The notes under the pieces are model-generated. The model worked only from the letters and a program-made list of their open reading frames with translations, searched no databases and had not been told where the DNA came from. Of a DNA stretch of 64,000 bases, positions 8,622 to 17,026 are shown one piece after another. The DNA lies in sequence record NC_028945.1; one strand, given 5' to 3'. The position numbers and the translations under genes are program-made. Numbering within the stretch: position 1 is the first letter of the stretch; every line of letters begins with the position of its first letter.

Positions 8622-9088
8622 GCCGCTATCATCCCTACGATTGCCAGTCATGCGGCGCTCCCATCGGCTATCTTGGTCGGTTCTTCAAATGGGTTCATTT
8701 CCCCGGCTCACATCAGTGTAAGAACACGCTTGATCCCTATAAATACAAGCAGATTCTTGTGGTCCGCAAAGACCTGAACATGCGCAAGGGAAAAATCGCC
8801 GCACAATGCGCGCACGCGACCCTTGCCGCCTATCTCGAAAATTCAAGCGATGAACGCATGGTGGCATGGCTCAAAGGACCATTCACCAAGATTTGCGTAT
8901 CCGTCGATTCTGAAGCAGACATCTTGCGAGTGGAGCGACAAGCCAAGGCAAATGGTCTGATCACCAGAATGATCATAGACGCCGGTAGGACCGAATTTAA
9001 TGGTGTTCCAACCCGGACGGTGCTCGCGGTCGGTCCCGACACTCACGAAGCTCTACAGCCGATTACAGGAGATTTGAAACTACTATGA
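8618..9088 (+). CDS. pth2: peptidyl-tRNA hydrolase, Pth2 type, with N-terminal Cys/His extension
   Basis: KQILVVRKDL.M.KGK.AAQ.AHA, KI.V.V, I.DAGRT, T.LAVGP motifs. Confidence 0.92.
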   Translation: MSRYHPYDCQSCGAPIGYLGRFFKWVHFPGSHQCKNTLDPYKYKQILVVRKDLNMRKGKIAAQCAHATLAAYLENSSDERMVAWLKGPFTKICVSVDSEADILRVERQAKANGLITRMIIDAGRTEFNGVPTRTVLAVGPDTHEALQPITGDLKLL

Positions 9089-9375
9089 TGTCAGACAAAG
9101 AACTCACCGGCACATTGGTACTGATCGACCGCTACAAAGGGATGATGGCGAAACATTACATCATCCCGGTCCAAAGCGAAGGCGGCATCGGTATCCAGCA
9201 TGCCGGTTGGATGTTGGAAGAATTGGAAAAGAAAATTCATAGCGGCGATCCGGCTTTTGATGACGGCAAGTGTGGGCGTTGGGTTGGTTTCATTCAGCAT
9301 GCGCTCGCTGTCGCGGGCTTCACCACGGTCAAGGAAGAACGCGATTTTTCAAGACCTTATTTTAGGAAAGACTAA
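9085..9375 (+). CDS. hypothetical protein
   Basis: coupled; HA.WML...K.GRW.GFIQ family pattern. Confidence 0.7.
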   Translation: MMSDKELTGTLVLIDRYKGMMAKHYIIPVQSEGGIGIQHAGWMLEELEKKIHSGDPAFDDGKCGRWVGFIQHALAVAGFTTVKEERDFSRPYFRKD

Positions 9376-9644
9376 TGGCAAAGCTGAAATTCGAAGAAGA
9401 CACGCTCTACATCATTCGGTCGAAGCTTGAAGACGACACCGATGACGATATTTTCATCTATTACGAATCCCCGAACGCTTGGTCGGTAATGTTGTCCACG
9501 GCAACGATCTTCCGCACCTACGAAATCGCCGAAGAGCATTTGGTTGCCGCCTACAACTATAACGGTAAAGACGGTTCAATCACTGATATCGTCCCGTTGC
9601 GTGGAGAAGTGGCGAGGGTGAGACAAAGTCAAAGCGAACAATAG
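9375..9644 (+). CDS. hypothetical protein
   Basis: TAATG coupling. Confidence 0.65.
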   Translation: MAKLKFEEDTLYIIRSKLEDDTDDDIFIYYESPNAWSVMLSTATIFRTYEIAEEHLVAAYNYNGKDGSITDIVPLRGEVARVRQSQSEQ

Positions 9645-9658
9645 GATCAATACTTTAA

Positions 9659-10903
9659 GTGACATTCGAATTAACGACGCATCAACAAGAAGCTGCCGAT
9701 CTAACAAAGCAGTGGTTTAAAGACAAAGAACACCATTACGAAAATCCAATTTTCCGTCTATTCGGTTACGCCGGTACAGGTAAGACCACCATCACCAACA
9801 AAATCATTGAACAGCTTGACCTAACCATGGGTGAGGACGTCAAGTTCGCTGCCTATACTGGCAAGGCTGCTATGGTGATGCGGCGCAATCTACTCCCCGC
9901 CTCCACGATCCATTCGATGATCTATCACGTTGTAGAGGCGGACGAAAAGGCGGTCGAAAAGCTACGGCAACAACTCCACGATCCCTATGTCAGTGAATTC
10001 GAGCGCGGACGTATCCGGGCGGAACTGAACGAAATTTCCAAACCGCGTTTCCAGCTTCGTGAAAGGGGCGATCCCTCTCTGAAAGGGGTAAAGCTTCTTG
10101 TGCTGGACGAATGTTCGATGGTCAATGCGGAAATGCTTCTCGACTTGTTTACATTCGAAATTCCGATGCTGGTGCTAGGCGATCCCGGACAGCTTCCGCC
10201 AATCGAAGGCAGGAGTCCGCTTACTGATGTTCGCCCGGATGCGATGTTGACGGAAATCCATCGACAGGCAGAAGGCAACCCGATCATCTATCTTGCGACC
10301 CGCGCCCGGAAAGGCTATGACCTGAAGTTTGGCGAATATGCCAACAGCCGCGTAATTTCCAAGCGGTCGCTCACGCAAGGAATGATGAAGTCTTTCGATC
10401 AAATCCTCGTCGGCAAGAACACCACCCGTCGCGAAATCAATGAACGAATGCGCGATATCAGGGGCTTCACTGGTCGTTATCCGCAAGTCGGCGAAAAGCT
10501 GATTTGCCTTCGCAACAATCCCGAATTCGGTCTATTCAACGGCATGATTTGCTATGTCGAGGAAGTCGGTTTCGGCGACAAGCTTAGTATTGAATTGAAG
10601 ATTCGCCGGGAGACTGATGCCGAAGGTGATCCGCCGACATCAGTGTATGCTCTGCGCGCACATTTCGACATGTACGATAATGAGCATGCCATGGATAACG
10701 TCAAATTGGGTGATCGGCTGTCGGTCAACGAATTTGACTACGGCTACGCCATTACGGTACACAAAGCGCAAGGTTCCGCTTGGGATAACGTTTGCCTGAT
10801 CGATGACGGCATGTTCGCCGGATGGGGCAAGCAGGGTGACCGCGAACGATGGCTCTATACGGCTATCAGTCGAGCGGCGGAACGGGTTACAGTGGCGGTT
10901 TAA
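9659..10903 (+). CDS. dda: SF1B DNA helicase (Dda/RecD-like)
   Basis: GYAGTGKT, DECSMV, GDPGQLPP, YAITVHKAQGS, LYTAISRA motifs. Confidence 0.88.
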   Translation: MTFELTTHQQEAADLTKQWFKDKEHHYENPIFRLFGYAGTGKTTITNKIIEQLDLTMGEDVKFAAYTGKAAMVMRRNLLPASTIHSMIYHVVEADEKAVEKLRQQLHDPYVSEFERGRIRAELNEISKPRFQLRERGDPSLKGVKLLVLDECSMVNAEMLLDLFTFEIPMLVLGDPGQLPPIEGRSPLTDVRPDAMLTEIHRQAEGNPIIYLATRARKGYDLKFGEYANSRVISKRSLTQGMMKSFDQILVGKNTTRREINERMRDIRGFTGRYPQVGEKLICLRNNPEFGLFNGMICYVEEVGFGDKLSIELKIRRETDAEGDPPTSVYALRAHFDMYDNEHAMDNVKLGDRLSVNEFDYGYAITVHKAQGSAWDNVCLIDDGMFAGWGKQGDRERWLYTAISRAAERVTVAV

Positions 10904-11119
10904 ATGATCAAATCATATGATGAAATAACACCCGGATACTGGTACATGTTCACCTCACACAGACCGGGATACACCGTGGTCGAAGTTATGATCGGTGTCT
11001 TTGGTGAATGGGATGGTGTCAAGATGGTCTATACCATCGGCGCGGACGAACCCCATGAAATCGAGGTTTACGTGCCCGAACAGTTCATTTGTGAAGTGCC
11101 ACATCCCATATCTCTATAG
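10904..11119 (+). CDS. hypothetical protein
   Basis: abuts helicase. Confidence 0.6.
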   Translation: MIKSYDEITPGYWYMFTSHRPGYTVVEVMIGVFGEWDGVKMVYTIGADEPHEIEVYVPEQFICEVPHPISL

Positions 11120-11136
11120 CAGTAAAATAATTTCTT

Positions 11137-11226
11137 ATAATTTGAAAATTCCCTGTTGACATCAGCGGGGAATTTTTCTATTTTCAAAACATAAGAGAGA
11201 AACAGAAAAACAGAGAGGTTCTTCCG
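11137..11226 (+). promoter_or_regulatory. conserved early promoter/leader cassette
   Basis: TTGAC(11156)-N18-TATTTT; AATTCCC...GGGAATT repeat around -35. Confidence 0.8.
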
Positions 11227-11478
11227 ATGAACGTAGCACGAGTTTACCGCAATGCTGTTGTTGTCCTGAAGCCGTCGAAGGCCCGCATGGCTCGCGTCAT
11301 GGCTGAAGGTGCCGCGCTTCATGCGCAAGCGAAGAAGATCGTCGCCGAACAGCTTGCGACCGGCAGAACCGCCCGCGAACTCTATGACGCCGCCTGTGCC
11401 GTGCGAACCGAGTTCGACAGCAAGCTTGAACGCGAAATCCGCGTCACCCTTCTTGGTCTTGTTCGCAAGTCCGCTTAA
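11227..11478 (+). CDS. hypothetical basic protein
   Basis: after cassette RBS. Confidence 0.7.
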   Translation: MNVARVYRNAVVVLKPSKARMARVMAEGAALHAQAKKIVAEQLATGRTARELYDAACAVRTEFDSKLEREIRVTLLGLVRKSA

Positions 11479-11506
11479 CCAATTTTCGAAACGAAGGAAT
11501 AATTCG

Positions 11507-11713
11507 ATGGAATACGTCAATCTTCAAGTAGGCGCGACTCGCTTCCGTGAAGCACTGAAGAACCTGAACCGTCGCGACCGGCTGGCGATGATCCGGACGA
11601 TGTTCCCGGACCTATCGAACGAAGCGAAGCACAAGCTTTGCGACAATCTCGACACCGCCAAGGTTGTGTCCGGCACGCAACTTCGTCTCCCGGCTGAAAT
11701 GGTGGCGGCATGA
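11507..11713 (+). CDS. hypothetical protein
   Basis: RBS AAGGA; ATG 11507. Confidence 0.65.
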   Translation: MEYVNLQVGATRFREALKNLNRRDRLAMIRTMFPDLSNEAKHKLCDNLDTAKVVSGTQLRLPAEMVAA

Positions 11714-12147
11714 GCAAACCGCGCACTGTCGCCACTCTCAACGACTCGGCATCGGTCATCTTCCGTGTTGAGACCAATTATCCCGGCTCAACGCCGGATG
11801 GTTTCGGCACATATGCGGCATATGCCTTCATCCACAATTCGTCCGTGGATGAACTGAACAATCGGGTTGCGTCTCGAAAGCATATGGCAATCTGGACTCA
11901 TCGTGAAATGTTCCGTGACAACATGATAACAGAGCCGGGATTGTATGATGGTTACGTTACGGAAACGATGGATTTCCAAATTCCAGAAGATGCTTTCCGC
12001 GTGGCTCGATTCATACAAAACGAATGCCAATTGATGTGCGGTTATGAACACGGGACCGAATGGGAAAAGAATCATCGCGGTCCGATCAAAACCCGTGTCG
12101 TCATGATATCGTCCCGCAAAACCATTCACGAAGTTGTAGAGGCATGA
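11710..12147 (+). CDS. hypothetical protein
   Basis: ATGA coupling. Confidence 0.65.
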   Translation: MSKPRTVATLNDSASVIFRVETNYPGSTPDGFGTYAAYAFIHNSSVDELNNRVASRKHMAIWTHREMFRDNMITEPGLYDGYVTETMDFQIPEDAFRVARFIQNECQLMCGYEHGTEWEKNHRGPIKTRVVMISSRKTIHEVVEA

Positions 12148-12311
12148 CAATGATGACCCTTCTTCCTGTTGTCGTCGCGACCATCGCATGTTGGTTCGCC
12201 GGTTACTTTTGCGGGATACACCGCGAACGGGTGGTTTGGAACCAACTGATCAAGGAAGGCAAGCTTCCGAAGCCGGGACAAGCTCACCAATGGGGAAGAA
12301 ACGCCAGATAA
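12144..12311 (+). CDS. small membrane protein
   Basis: ATGA coupling; N-terminal TM. Confidence 0.6.
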   Translation: MTMMTLLPVVVATIACWFAGYFCGIHRERVVWNQLIKEGKLPKPGQAHQWGRNAR

Positions 12312-12314
12312 GGC

Positions 12315-12450
12315 GAGACCCCGGTCGCGGGCGAGTGAGGGGACACTTCAGGGGCGCGACCGAGGTCTCTAAGCAGGGGCAAGCTTGCGGCGGTTCGTCC
12401 CTGCTTCATTCCGGTCTACGCGCGTGTTCTGATTCGGTCAACCAACCGGC
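12315..12450 (+). ncRNA. candidate structured non-coding RNA (three stem-loops)
   Basis: GC-rich intergenic tract; 15-bp stem 12315-12329/12355-12369, 9-bp stem 12371-12379/12398-12406, CCGGT/ACCGG stem 12411-12449. Confidence 0.5.
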
Positions 12451-12477
12451 GACTTTATCCACAAGCAAAATAATTCG

Positions 12478-12562
12478 AAATAATTTGAAATTCCTATTGA
12501 CGGCGGTCTTCGGATCGCCTAATTTGTTTTCAGAAAGAGTTTTCAACAAAGAGGTTCTTCTG
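12478..12562 (+). promoter_or_regulatory. conserved early promoter cassette; spacer is a cUUCGg hairpin
   Basis: TTGAC(12497)-GGCGGTC TTCG GATCGCC-TAATTT. Confidence 0.8.
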
Positions 12563-13351
12563 ATGAATACCGCTGCTGCTGACAAAAAGATGACTGTTCT
12601 CGTGTATTGCATAACCGGCGCGAAGAACGCCATGTACACGATCCGCACGCAGCGCGTCATTCCCGGCATGATGATCGCCTGTAACGATCACTACGTTTGT
12701 AACGTCGCCGCGACCGAAGAGAAAGCCGAAGAGAAGGCACTTGCCTATTGTGCCCGCATGCAAGAGCGCATGGGCGATAGCGTCGTTGTCGAGTACATCG
12801 GCTTTGATGGTGGCGACATCATCAAGCGGCGCGGCAAGCTGTCGGCATACGACACGCAAGCCATCGAAGACATCGAAGCCGGTGAATTCCCGTTCGGCAA
12901 GCACAAGGGCGAAAGGATCGTTGATGCTCCGGACGGCTATATCACGTGGCTTGCCGATCAGATGAACAACCCCGCGCTGAAGCCGGTTATGGCGGCACTC
13001 GCTGCCGTTGCCTACGGTGTCGCGATTGAACGCGGTCTGTTCGCCAAGCGGGAAGCCCGCAAGCTTGAACTTCAGGAAATGGAAGCCAAATCCAACTTCG
13101 TCGGCACCATCGGCGAACGCCGGGAATTCGAAGGCGAATTGATTTCGGTCTTCGGGATCAAGAACGATCCGTCTGACATGGGCGTTGCCTATTACGTCAA
13201 CAAGATCAAGATGGGTGATGACATCATTGTTTACGCCGGGAACAAGCTTGGCGAACGTGGTGACACCCTGAAGATCAAGGCGACGATCAAGGCTCACAAG
13301 GAATACAAGGGCGCGAAAACCACGAAGGTTAACCGCCCGAAGGTACTGTGA
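12563..13351 (+). CDS. DUF3820/ExoX-C-like domain fused to an OB-fold-like domain
   Basis: FPFGKHKG.....PDGYITWL motif; C-terminal FVG..GER.E...K.....KATIK.H.EY.G.K.T...RP. Confidence 0.7.
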   Translation: MNTAAADKKMTVLVYCITGAKNAMYTIRTQRVIPGMMIACNDHYVCNVAATEEKAEEKALAYCARMQERMGDSVVVEYIGFDGGDIIKRRGKLSAYDTQAIEDIEAGEFPFGKHKGERIVDAPDGYITWLADQMNNPALKPVMAALAAVAYGVAIERGLFAKREARKLELQEMEAKSNFVGTIGERREFEGELISVFGIKNDPSDMGVAYYVNKIKMGDDIIVYAGNKLGERGDTLKIKATIKAHKEYKGAKTTKVNRPKVL

Positions 13352-13380
13352 AGCGACCGTTTGAAGGAAAGGAAACCGGA

Positions 13381-13485
13381 ATGTATACCCTTTATGAGGT
13401 CACGCTCATTCTCGCATCGGGTGTAATCACTGGCTTCGTTCTCGGAATTACATTTTCAATATTCGCTCAAAATCGGAGGAAATAG
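13381..13485 (+). CDS. 34-aa membrane peptide
   Basis: RBS AAGGA; single TM; below track cutoff. Confidence 0.5.
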   Translation: MYTLYEVTLILASGVITGFVLGITFSIFAQNRRK

Positions 13486-13488
13486 GTC

Positions 13489-13659
13489 ATGACAAAGAAA
13501 AACCCCCGCGAAGACTTTCTTCAGTTGCTTGAAGAGTTCATCAATAAGACGTCTGCTATCGACCTGAAGACACCGTGGCAAGATGTCGAACCGAAATGGT
13601 GGCTGAAAATGATTGAACTTCGACAGGAAGCGATCAATGCACGGGAGGAATTCCTATGA
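13489..13659 (+). CDS. hypothetical protein (56 aa)
   Basis: RBS GGAGG; ATGA coupling to next gene. Confidence 0.6.
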   Translation: MTKKNPREDFLQLLEEFINKTSAIDLKTPWQDVEPKWWLKMIELRQEAINAREEFL

Positions 13660-13919
13660 CACAGACTCGCTCATACAACGACGTCACCTTCAAATCGCGT
13701 CCGAATACCGGCGATCCATCCCGCATCATTTGGGATGGTGGTGTGAAGGGCGGAATGATCTTTGTCAGTACGGACGGTAAGTATGGTAATTCGAGCGAAT
13801 GGTTCGATACCTTCGAAGAAGCCGCCGACGTAACGATCAGACGGTGTCATGCCGTCTATCTCAAAGCAAAGAAGCTCGTGGAAGAATACGAGGGAAAGAA
13901 GAAGAGGAAGAAGACATGA
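13656..13919 (+). CDS. hypothetical protein
   Basis: coupled ORF. Confidence 0.65.
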   Translation: MTQTRSYNDVTFKSRPNTGDPSRIIWDGGVKGGMIFVSTDGKYGNSSEWFDTFEEAADVTIRRCHAVYLKAKKLVEEYEGKKKRKKT

Positions 13920-14125
13920 CCATGAAGGAAATCCCGATCAGCGCCGCCAAGAAGATCGCCGAAGAATACGGTTATGATCAAGTCGTGATCTATGCCCGAC
14001 GTTGTCACGACACGCCAGAACCGCACGGCGAACACATGACGACTTACGGGCGGACGCGCGAGCATTGCGATGTTGCCGCTCGTATGGGCGACGTGCTCAA
14101 GAAATTCATGGGGTGGAGCGTATAA
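13916..14125 (+). CDS. hypothetical protein
   Basis: ATGA coupling; IPI.AAK.IAE.YGYDQV.I.AR pattern. Confidence 0.65.
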   Translation: MTMKEIPISAAKKIAEEYGYDQVVIYARRCHDTPEPHGEHMTTYGRTREHCDVAARMGDVLKKFMGWSV

Positions 14126-14132
14126 AAATTCA

Positions 14133-14218
14133 AAATAATTCCGAATTCCTATTGACGGGGTTTGGAATTTGATTTAGTTTCAAGTCATAGAGTTGATTTG
14201 AAACAGAGAGATTTCGTC
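14133..14218 (+). promoter_or_regulatory. conserved early promoter/leader cassette
   Basis: TTGAC(14152)-N18-TAGTTT. Confidence 0.8.
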
Positions 14219-14482
14219 ATGACCCATTTCGTCAATTCCGCCCATCGCGCCGCTCTTGAAGCAATGTCTCTTGAGCAACTGAAGACTCGCCTGTCCGACA
14301 TCGAAGCCGCTGGCAAGAAAGCCAAAGCCGCGATGATGACGCCGGACGGCAACCGCGTCGTCTCGCTCACCATGTTCGCCGGTCGCCGCTCCGATGTGAC
14401 CGCTGCCGAAGCGGCTTACAACTCCTGCCGCATGGCGTGGAAAGACGTCATGACCGTCATCAACGAACGCGAAGCCGCGTAA
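14219..14482 (+). CDS. hypothetical protein
   Basis: ATG 14219 after cassette. Confidence 0.7.
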   Translation: MTHFVNSAHRAALEAMSLEQLKTRLSDIEAAGKKAKAAMMTPDGNRVVSLTMFAGRRSDVTAAEAAYNSCRMAWKDVMTVINEREAA

Positions 14483-14497
14483 AGAAAGGTTCTTCCG

Positions 14498-14754
14498 ATG
14501 ACCAAGAAGTTGATGACAAGCAAGCGTATCTCTTCTGGACTTTACGAAGTCACGGCAAATGGTCGTGTTTTCGAAATCGAAGATGCGTACCAAAGCCCGC
14601 GCCGATGGAGAAGGGTTCCGAAACGATTGGAACCTGTTTGAAATGATCGATTATGGCAACGGCGTGGACCGTGAATATTGCCAGAGTTTTTTGCTCCAAA
14701 CGCGATGCCATGGCGGCTGTCGAAGCCTTGGCAATTCGTGGCGAAGAAAACTAA
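14498..14754 (+). pseudogene. 84-aa hypothetical gene broken by two +1 homopolymer insertions (pseudogene or sequencing error)
   Basis: RBS AAAGGTTC; removing one A (CAAAGCC, ~14591) and one T (AGTTTTTTG, ~14690) gives a 255-nt ORF MTKKLMTSKR...AIRGEEN. Confidence 0.6.
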
Positions 14755-14781
14755 AAAACAACCGAAGAAAGGTTCCCGACC

Positions 14782-15120
14782 ATGGGTCTCACAGTCAACG
14801 TTTACAAGTCCGGCACCTACGATTGTACGCTGAACGGCATTTCCAGCCACACCGACCGCATTTGCGTCGTCAACATGTCCGGACCCTTCGAACCGGACGT
14901 ATCGACGCCAGCGGCGATCCTCGTGGTGAATCCGGTAGGAAATCCGGTGATCAAGCCCGCGATCCAGCGCGAGTCGGACGGCGAATGGGTGGTCGCTCCC
15001 GGCTGGTGGATGAACGGCAGCAACCTTGCGGCAAGCAGCGACTCCCGCTTCGGCGAAGCCGTCCGCAAGCTGAACCCCGGCTTTTACGGCGGTCTCTACA
15101 TCCACGACAGGCAGGAATAA
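14782..15120 (+). CDS. hypothetical protein
   Basis: RBS AAAGG; DCT.NGIS...GGN.A..SDSRF family pattern. Confidence 0.75.
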   Translation: MGLTVNVYKSGTYDCTLNGISSHTDRICVVNMSGPFEPDVSTPAAILVVNPVGNPVIKPAIQRESDGEWVVAPGWWMNGSNLAASSDSRFGEAVRKLNPGFYGGLYIHDRQE

Positions 15121-15124
15121 ACTC

Positions 15125-15212
15125 AAAATAATTCCAAATTCCTCTTGACGACGCCGAGAACTTCATTTAGTTTCAAGTTATAAGTTCTTCTGAAAACGAA
15201 AGGTTCCCTGAT
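15125..15212 (+). promoter_or_regulatory. conserved early promoter/leader cassette
   Basis: TTGAC(15145)-N18-TAGTTT. Confidence 0.8.
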
Positions 15213-16166
15213 ATGGCACATGATCTTGAAATGGTAAATGGCAAGGCGTCGATGGCGTGGGCTGGCGAAGTGCCGTGGCACGGTCTTGGTGTCGAGGTAT
15301 CGAACGACTTGACGGCACACGAAATGATGGTAGCCGCTGGTCTCGATTGGCGCGTGGATGAGGTCGAAACCTTCGCTATTGTAAACGGGCAACACATCCC
15401 GACCGGCATGAAGGCGCTGCTTCGCGAAACCGATAACAAGGTCTTGACGCAAGTCGGCAAAAACTGGCATCCCGTTCAGAACGAAGAAGCTTTCGAATTT
15501 TTCAAAGACTTCGTTGACGAGGGGCACATGGAAATGAACACTGCCGGTTCCTTGAACGGTGGCAAAATGGTGTGGGCGCTGGCGAAAATCAAAGATAATT
15601 TCTTTGACGTGTTCAACGGTGATCGTACCGAGGGATTTTTGCTCTTTTCCAACCCACACGAGTATGGTAAGACCATCGACATTCGGTTCACGGCGACTCG
15701 GGCGGTCTGCCGGAACACGGTGGCGATGGCTCTGAACGGCGGTTCGACCAATTTCGTCAAAGTAAACCACCGTAAAGCATTCGATGCCGAAATGGTCAAA
15801 GAAGCCATGGGCATCGCATCGACCAAGATGGACCGCTTCAAACAGATGGCGGAATATCTCGGTTCCAAGCGTACCACCAAGGACACGCTTCACGAGTACT
15901 TCGGGGAACTTCTCGGGAAATCCGAGAAGAAAGAGGGGCGGCTTTCCCGCAATGGCGAAATTGCGATGGAATTGATTGAAACTCAACCCGGACACGAGTT
16001 TGCGGAAGGTTCGTGGTGGCAAGCCTTCAATACGATCACGTACATGACGAATCATGTGCTTGGTCGCGGGAATGATACCCGGATGCAATCTGTCTGGTAT
16101 GGCGCGAATCAGAACCTCAATGCCAAGGCTCTTGAAGAGGCATTGAAAATGGCTGAAGTAGCATAA
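15213..16166 (+). CDS. DUF932 / TIGR03299-like phage-plasmid protein
   Basis: MAH.LE...MA...EVPWHGLG, AGLDW.V, QN.EAF.FF, TAGSL.GG..VW.LA, R.VC.NT motifs. Confidence 0.85.
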   Translation: MAHDLEMVNGKASMAWAGEVPWHGLGVEVSNDLTAHEMMVAAGLDWRVDEVETFAIVNGQHIPTGMKALLRETDNKVLTQVGKNWHPVQNEEAFEFFKDFVDEGHMEMNTAGSLNGGKMVWALAKIKDNFFDVFNGDRTEGFLLFSNPHEYGKTIDIRFTATRAVCRNTVAMALNGGSTNFVKVNHRKAFDAEMVKEAMGIASTKMDRFKQMAEYLGSKRTTKDTLHEYFGELLGKSEKKEGRLSRNGEIAMELIETQPGHEFAEGSWWQAFNTITYMTNHVLGRGNDTRMQSVWYGANQNLNAKALEEALKMAEVA

Positions 16167-16252
16167 GACCTGACTTACCAAGTCCAGCCATAAATAATCC
16201 GGAGAGAGGAAATTTTACCGCCTCTCTCCATTACCCATCGGGAGCCATTCAA

Positions 16253-16600
16253 TTGCTGTCAATCCTTCTGATTTCGGTGCCGACCCTTCTCTATGCCTTC
16301 GGCATCCTGCCTACCCTTGCGATCACCTTCCTCACGGTGATGCTTTGTGTCACGGCGACCGTGCGATATTTCTCCTTCGCCATGGTCCTGTCCGGTCTGG
16401 TCAAGCCCGCTCCTTCGGACTTGGAATCCACGAAAATCCAGTGGTTCTACACTGCCGCCTCTCTGGTCTCCATGTGTGCGATGTGGTTTGGCGGTCCGCT
16501 ATGGGCAACGGTCTACTTCGGTGTGACCATCCCTATATCACTCTACTATCTCACGAAGATGACACTCTCTGTCAACGAAAGCCTCAAAGAAGAAGCTTGA
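16253..16600 (+). CDS. multi-pass membrane protein
   Basis: TTG start; about four hydrophobic helices; TAAATA at 16191. Confidence 0.6.
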   Translation: MLSILLISVPTLLYAFGILPTLAITFLTVMLCVTATVRYFSFAMVLSGLVKPAPSDLESTKIQWFYTAASLVSMCAMWFGGPLWATVYFGVTIPISLYYLTKMTLSVNESLKEEA

Positions 16601-16635
16601 TCGGGCAATAGAGAAATCTTGACGAAATCAGATTC

Positions 16636-16665
16636 CCGCTGGTCCTTGGATTGGCGGGCTTTTTC
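16636..16665 (+). terminator. rho-independent terminator
   Basis: CCCGC(T)...(G)GCGGG followed by T-tract. Confidence 0.6.
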
Positions 16666-16680
16666 GTGGCTGATAAATAG

Positions 16681-16790
16681 CTTCAGGGAACCTTGAAGGG
16701 GAAGAGCGAATCAGGTAACAGATGCCTTCGGCATTCGCTTCGCTCATTGTAACCGGATTCTAACGGGAATGGAATCCGACTCCCCGAATC
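16681..16790. ncRNA. candidate structured RNA or origin-associated element
   Basis: several stems (16681-16698; 16708-16720/16748-16760; GAGCGAA/TTCGCTC) between convergent TAAATA(+,16674) and TTGACA-N16-TATAAT(-,16859..16832). Confidence 0.4.
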
Positions 16791-16931
16791 ACCAGTAACA
16801 ATCTTAATATATTTCATACAGGACATTCCTGATTATACAGAGTTTTTCAAACCTGTCAAGCATTATTTCATTTTATTCACAAAAATCTGATCGCATTTTA
16901 AGTTTTTAAATTTTTTAAATTCGTTGAAAAA

Positions 16932-16979
16932 CCACCAAATATGGCGTGTCGGTCGCATTCGATCCACTAAATATCCACA
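16932..16979 (+). promoter_or_regulatory. tandem NrdR-box-like motifs upstream of nrdJ
   Basis: CCACCAAATATGGCGT (16932) and CCACTAAATATCCACA (16964), 32 bp apart. Confidence 0.4.
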
Positions 16980-16997
16980 CGTCCTCAAAATTAATAA

Positions 16998-17026
16998 TTG
17001 ATATCGAATGCCAAATCTCCTATACT
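16998..17026 (+). promoter_or_regulatory. sigma70 promoter upstream of nrdJ
   Basis: TTGATA-N17-TATACT. Confidence 0.7.

Noticed and set aside
12455-12463. Single perfect DnaA box as evidence of an origin
   Set aside because: One exact 9-mer is expected about once by chance in 64 kb on two strands; not sufficient alone
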